64,000 bases of DNA from an uncultured delta proteobacterium (lineage in GTDB: Bacteria; Desulfobacterota; Binatia; UBA9968): contig CAWDPO010000024.1 of the NCBI GenBank assembly GCA_963804165.1, forward strand, positions 1 through 64,000, given 5' to 3'. Under the pieces are notes generated by a model. The model saw nothing but the letters and a program-made list of their open reading frames with translations. It was not told the origin of the DNA and made no database searches. Position 1 is the first letter of the stretch. Each line of letters starts with the position of its first letter. This document shows, piece after piece, positions 60,402 through 64,000 of this stretch. Made by a program: the position numbers and the translations under genes.

Positions 60402-61218
60402 TGGCTTCCACCCTCGCTTTCTTAAACCGCCCTCGAAGAGCAAGCGCTATCGCCGCCGATAGCAGCACCCACCAGTAACGGATCAATCCTATTCTGCCCC
60501 ATTCCAGCCAATAAACAAAATTGGGCGAACGTGAAATGAGCTCGCCTAGCGCGCTTTGCGCGCCCGCGTAGTCCCGCGACTCGCGCAGCGACTGCGCCAA
60601 CCCGTAAAGCGCGCCGTCATCGCGCGGGTCGAGCTTCAGCGCCGCTTCGAAGTCGCGCCGCGCCTCAGCCCACTTGTCTTGCTCCGCCAAAATGCCGCCG
60701 CGGGTCGTTAGCGCCGAAGCGAAATCGGGCTTTCGTTCCAGCGCGCGGTTCAAGTTTGCGACCGCGCGGTCGAGCTCGCCTTTCCGTTTCTGCGCCACCG
60801 CAAGATTGCTGTAAGCATCCGGCAGCTCCGGATGCAGCTCGATGATCTTTTGATATTCATTGATCGCGGCATCGACATCGCCGCGCACTTCCATCGCGAT
60901 CCAAGCCAGGAAAGTCCGGGCGTCGACATGTTGCGGATTTAATGCGATTGCCCTTCTGACCGCCACTTCCGCTGCGCGCGGATCGCGCAATCGGAGCAGC
61001 GCCATGCCGAGAAACAATTGCAGGTCAGCCTCATTTGGAAAACGGTTGAGTAAAGTCTCAAATTGCGCTTTCGCTTCGGCCGCTTTACCCTCCGCTAAAT
61101 CTTTGCGCGCCTGTTTCCACCGTTGATCGCCAAGTAGGGCAGGGTCGCTAGCGGCGGCGCTGGAAAAACCAATCCCCGCGAGGACGACTAAAACAGCCAG
61201 CCAAGCCCGCACACCCAC
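60394..61218 (-). CDS. Exported tetratricopeptide repeat protein with C-terminal TM anchor
   Basis: Signal peptide, repeated TPR patterns (AIALNP, IIELHP..PDAYSNLA, ALKLDP), hydrophobic tail. Confidence 0.8.
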   Translation of the reverse strand: MGVRAWLAVLVVLAGIGFSSAAASDPALLGDQRWKQARKDLAEGKAAEAKAQFETLLNRFPNEADLQLFLGMALLRLRDPRAAEVAVRRAIALNPQHVDARTFLAWIAMEVRGDVDAAINEYQKIIELHPELPDAYSNLAVAQKRKGELDRAVANLNRALERKPDFASALTTRGGILAEQDKWAEARRDFEAALKLDPRDDGALYGLAQSLRESRDYAGAQSALGELISRSPNFVYWLEWGRIGLIRYWWVLLSAAIALALRGRFKKARVEANG

Positions 61219-61403
61219 TATTTCCACATTTCGTTGGGGATCTCGTCTTCTCTGTCTTCTTCGATCAGCTTGTCGTTTTTGAACGCTTCACGTAGCCCTA
61301 GCCAAGTGAAGAAGATGACGAGAATCAACATTCCGACAATTGGGATATTGTCGGGTTTAGTCACGATTTCAAGAAAATTTTGCAGTCCGCTCGGCTCTTC
61401 CAT
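61218..61403 (-). CDS. Small single-TM membrane protein (KPDNIPIV motif)
   Basis: 61 aa, one TM helix, coupled to the TPR gene. Confidence 0.6.
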   Translation of the reverse strand: MEEPSGLQNFLEIVTKPDNIPIVGMLILVIFFTWLGLREAFKNDKLIEEDREDEIPNEMWK

Positions 61404-61548
61404 AAAACGTAAGCACCTGTAAATTCAGATTCTTATGCCAACAACATACCGGAATAAATTATTTGAAACAACCGGCTGAACGACTGTCAGCCGAGCGCCG
61501 AAATAGTAGAATGTTTCGACACAACGCCGGTACTCATTAGGCGCACGA

Positions 61549-63132
61549 TCAGTGCGACTGATGATGCCCGCGGCCATGTTCGGTGTGGCGGAAAATCAAC
61601 GACTTGATCACAACCGGCACAGCCTTGGCGTCGGGCAGTTCCTGACCGATATCGATAAAATCGAAATCCTTCAGATCGATGCCATCGATGGAAATAATGC
61701 CGGCGCCGGGAACCAACTCGCGCTCGATGATATTGCCCATCAGTTTGGCGATATCCGCGTCGAAGACCAGCACCAGAGGCTGCCCGTGGTCGATATGCCC
61801 CTTCATTGCGCCGACCAAACCCTCCGCCAGAGTGCGAATTAAAGGATAGGCGGGGCCGAGCTCCCAGCGTATCGCCAGCGCCACCGTCCGTTCGGTGTCG
61901 TGGGCGTCGAAACGTTGCAGGGCTCGGGTCACGGAATCCCGAATTTCTGCCGCGCTGATCGCTTCGGTTTGTTCAAATTGCGGCGTCACGACCTGCAAAT
62001 TGCGCAGCGGCAACAAGTCCGGATGAGAAAGATAAATCGTATTGCCGCTGACTTGGACCGTGTACTGGGAAGCGCCGATCACCGTCGCGCGAATCCGCAC
62101 ATCCGCAGGTCGGAGCGGAATATTCCCACCACCCAACTGGTTCGCTCGCGCCCGGACCTTTTTCCCAAGCTGCACGCCGAGGTCGCCAAGATTGCGTTTC
62201 TCATAGCCGTAAACGAATTCGGAAACGCCGCCCGAGAACATCACCGCGTGAATCGGGTCCTTATAATCGATGTTCGGCGTCAGCAAGAGATCTTGCACCT
62301 GCGGCGAAAGCGGGCCACGCTCCATCACCGCAAAAAGCGAATCGCACAGCGCTTGCGAGAACTTGTCTTTTTCGGCGTCAGTCATGGTGCCGCCCAATTT
62401 AAGCCCATCGATGCCGGACATCTTGGCAAACTTGAGCGCCGTATCTTCCAGGCGGTTGATCACACCATTTTCATCCATCGCCACCAACCGAGCGCCGACC
62501 TCAACGGCGCAGGAGTCGATCACCTTACCGCCCTTAACAATAGCGATCTTGCTGGTACCGCCGCCGATGTCGACGTTCATAACCGTGAAATCGCCGCCCT
62601 CGTGATAGGTCATATGCACGGCGCCGGAGCCGTAGGCGGCCAAGATCGCTTCTAAGTTATGCCCCGCCGTGGCGCAGACGAATTTCCCAGCTTCCGCGGA
62701 AAACAACGCGACGATCGCTTCAGCGTTTTTTTTCTTCGTCGCCTCGCCCGTGACGATGATCGCGCCGGTGTCGATATCCTCCGGCGTCAGATTCGCCCTT
62801 CGGTAAGACTCATGAATGAAGTCGCCGAGATTGTTAGTATCAATCGTGGTCTTGTCGAGGTAAGGGGTCAACAGGATCGGCGATTCATGAATAATTTCCC
62901 GGTTGATCACGACAAACCGGCTGGAAAGCGCCACGCCCTGGCGACGCAGCGTCAGACGGGAAAAAATTAAATGCGACGTGGACGAACCGATGTCGATGCC
63001 GACGGAATTGAGCGTGATCCGCTCGGACCGCCACATCGGATGGTTTTCATCCATCAACTCCCCGTCGTCTTCATCGAAATCGTCTTCGTGTCCCTCATGT
63101 AGCTCAAGCTTGTCGGTCTGCAAATTGTCCAT
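61549..63132 (-). CDS. eutA: Ethanolamine ammonia-lyase reactivating factor EutA-like ATPase
   Basis: SVGIDIGSSTSHL, DTGAIIVTGE, FVCATAG..LEA, NVDIGGGTS, IRATVIGA, FIDIG, VPVVIKSL. Confidence 0.88.
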   Translation of the reverse strand: MDNLQTDKLELHEGHEDDFDEDDGELMDENHPMWRSERITLNSVGIDIGSSTSHLIFSRLTLRRQGVALSSRFVVINREIIHESPILLTPYLDKTTIDTNNLGDFIHESYRRANLTPEDIDTGAIIVTGEATKKKNAEAIVALFSAEAGKFVCATAGHNLEAILAAYGSGAVHMTYHEGGDFTVMNVDIGGGTSKIAIVKGGKVIDSCAVEVGARLVAMDENGVINRLEDTALKFAKMSGIDGLKLGGTMTDAEKDKFSQALCDSLFAVMERGPLSPQVQDLLLTPNIDYKDPIHAVMFSGGVSEFVYGYEKRNLGDLGVQLGKKVRARANQLGGGNIPLRPADVRIRATVIGASQYTVQVSGNTIYLSHPDLLPLRNLQVVTPQFEQTEAISAAEIRDSVTRALQRFDAHDTERTVALAIRWELGPAYPLIRTLAEGLVGAMKGHIDHGQPLVLVFDADIAKLMGNIIERELVPGAGIISIDGIDLKDFDFIDIGQELPDAKAVPVVIKSLIFRHTEHGRGHHQSH

Positions 63133-63281
63133 GCTCGCGATCGAATCCTTTCTCTCACTGACTTCGGTGGATCAAAATTGCATAGCACAGCGCGTTCCGT
63201 CTTGCTACCGTTTGAAAGCGTGCGTGGCGGGATAGACAAGGGCCCCTAATCGGGGATAATATAAAACTGGTTTGCCGAGTC

Positions 63282-64000
63282 ATGGGACAAGAAGAATATC
63301 AAGAGCTGTCGTCGTTTTTGCGGCGCTTTATCCGGCGCCTGAAACTTCTCCAAGGAGCTGAAGGACTGTGTCTGACGGCGACCTGCGCGCTTCTGCTCTT
63401 GGCGCTCGGTCCAGGTGTTGCCCAGCTCGCGAATTTTTTTCCCTACGCGCCGTTGGCCTATAGTCTGCTCACGGGACTGGTGTTATTGGCGGCGGTCAGC
63501 TGGTCACTGTTTCGTTTCCTGCGCCGGCTTTCGCAAGAAAAAGCCGCCCTCTACATCGAACAGAAACAACCCAAGCTACGCAATAATTTAATCAATTCGC
63601 TGCAACTCTATCCACAGGTCGTTGGCGCCGAACACGCCCAAGGCTTTTCTGCCGGAATGATCCTGGCGCTTTTGCGCACGACCCGGAAGCAGATCGCGAG
63701 CTTGCAAGTCGACGAGCTGCTCGACAAACGGCGTCTAATCACCAGTTTGCGCTTGCTCGGCTTTCTCGTCGTGCCGGTGTCGGCAATGGTGCTGCTCAAT
63801 CCCGCCTGGGTGGGCGGCACGATCAGCATGTTGACCCGCCCGCTCGATCACTTGCCGCCGACGAAGACGGCGGTGGAAATCGAGCCCAAGGGCACTCGCG
63901 TCGTGCGCGGCGCTCCGGTGACGATCCAAGCCGCCACCTCGGGCGCGATCCCGGCAGCGCTGGATTTGATCACATGGACCGGAACCAACGAACGCGGCGA
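63282..64000 (+). CDS. Membrane-anchored hypothetical protein (DUF4175-like N-terminus), partial
   Basis: ATG at 63282 opens MGQEEYQELSSFLRRFIRRLKLL, then two TMs and AALYIEQKQPKLRNNLINSLQL; frame appears open to the window end. Confidence 0.65.
   Translation, partial: MGQEEYQELSSFLRRFIRRLKLLQGAEGLCLTATCALLLLALGPGVAQLANFFPYAPLAYSLLTGLVLLAAVSWSLFRFLRRLSQEKAALYIEQKQPKLRNNLINSLQLYPQVVGAEHAQGFSAGMILALLRTTRKQIASLQVDELLDKRRLITSLRLLGFLVVPVSAMVLLNPAWVGGTISMLTRPLDHLPPTKTAVEIEPKGTRVVRGAPVTIQAATSGAIPAALDLITWTGTNERG

Noticed and set aside
4297-62655. Long antisense or shifted ORFs (e.g. 4297..5181, 11635..12498, 13333..14169, 34117..34935, 58569..59360, 61900..62655)
   Set aside because: They are shadows of well-supported genes in GC-rich DNA and carry no recognisable motifs.

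Overview
Bacterial chromosomal window, moderately GC-rich by eye. The many orphan substrate-binding proteins, orphan EutA and Grd components suggest a Candidatus Binatia / Deltaproteobacteria-like genome (inference only). About a dozen genes carry single-base frameshifts, several in homopolymers, which look like long-read consensus errors rather than pseudogenes. Housekeeping genes include gltA, a Glu/Asp-type ABC importer, sthA, hisI-hisG, lemA-htpX, ridA and an mltD-like gene. Main points of interest: (1) an operon of three tandem ~565-aa secreted paralogues with an altered M29-aminopeptidase/NicX-like metal site, followed by a MacB/FtsX-type ABC permease and ATPase; its promoter is nearly duplicated in front of the neighbouring operon. 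(2) A GIY-YIG nuclease gene inside an inverted pair of REP hairpins, with empty copies of the repeat elsewhere. (3) A selenoprotein grdA (in-frame UGA plus SECIS-like hairpin) split by the ORF caller, next to grdC but without grdB/D/E. (4) A coupled operon of a tryptophanase/TPL-fold enzyme lacking the usual catalytic Tyr, an acyl-CoA ligase and two SDRs. (5) A tandem cassette duplication of [permease 3' end + FkbM methyltransferase]. (6) An IS256 element with a 9-bp target duplication. (7) Strand-biased GTTCAA mini-repeats. No rRNA, tRNA or CRISPR array was seen. All family assignments are from motif recognition, not database searches.
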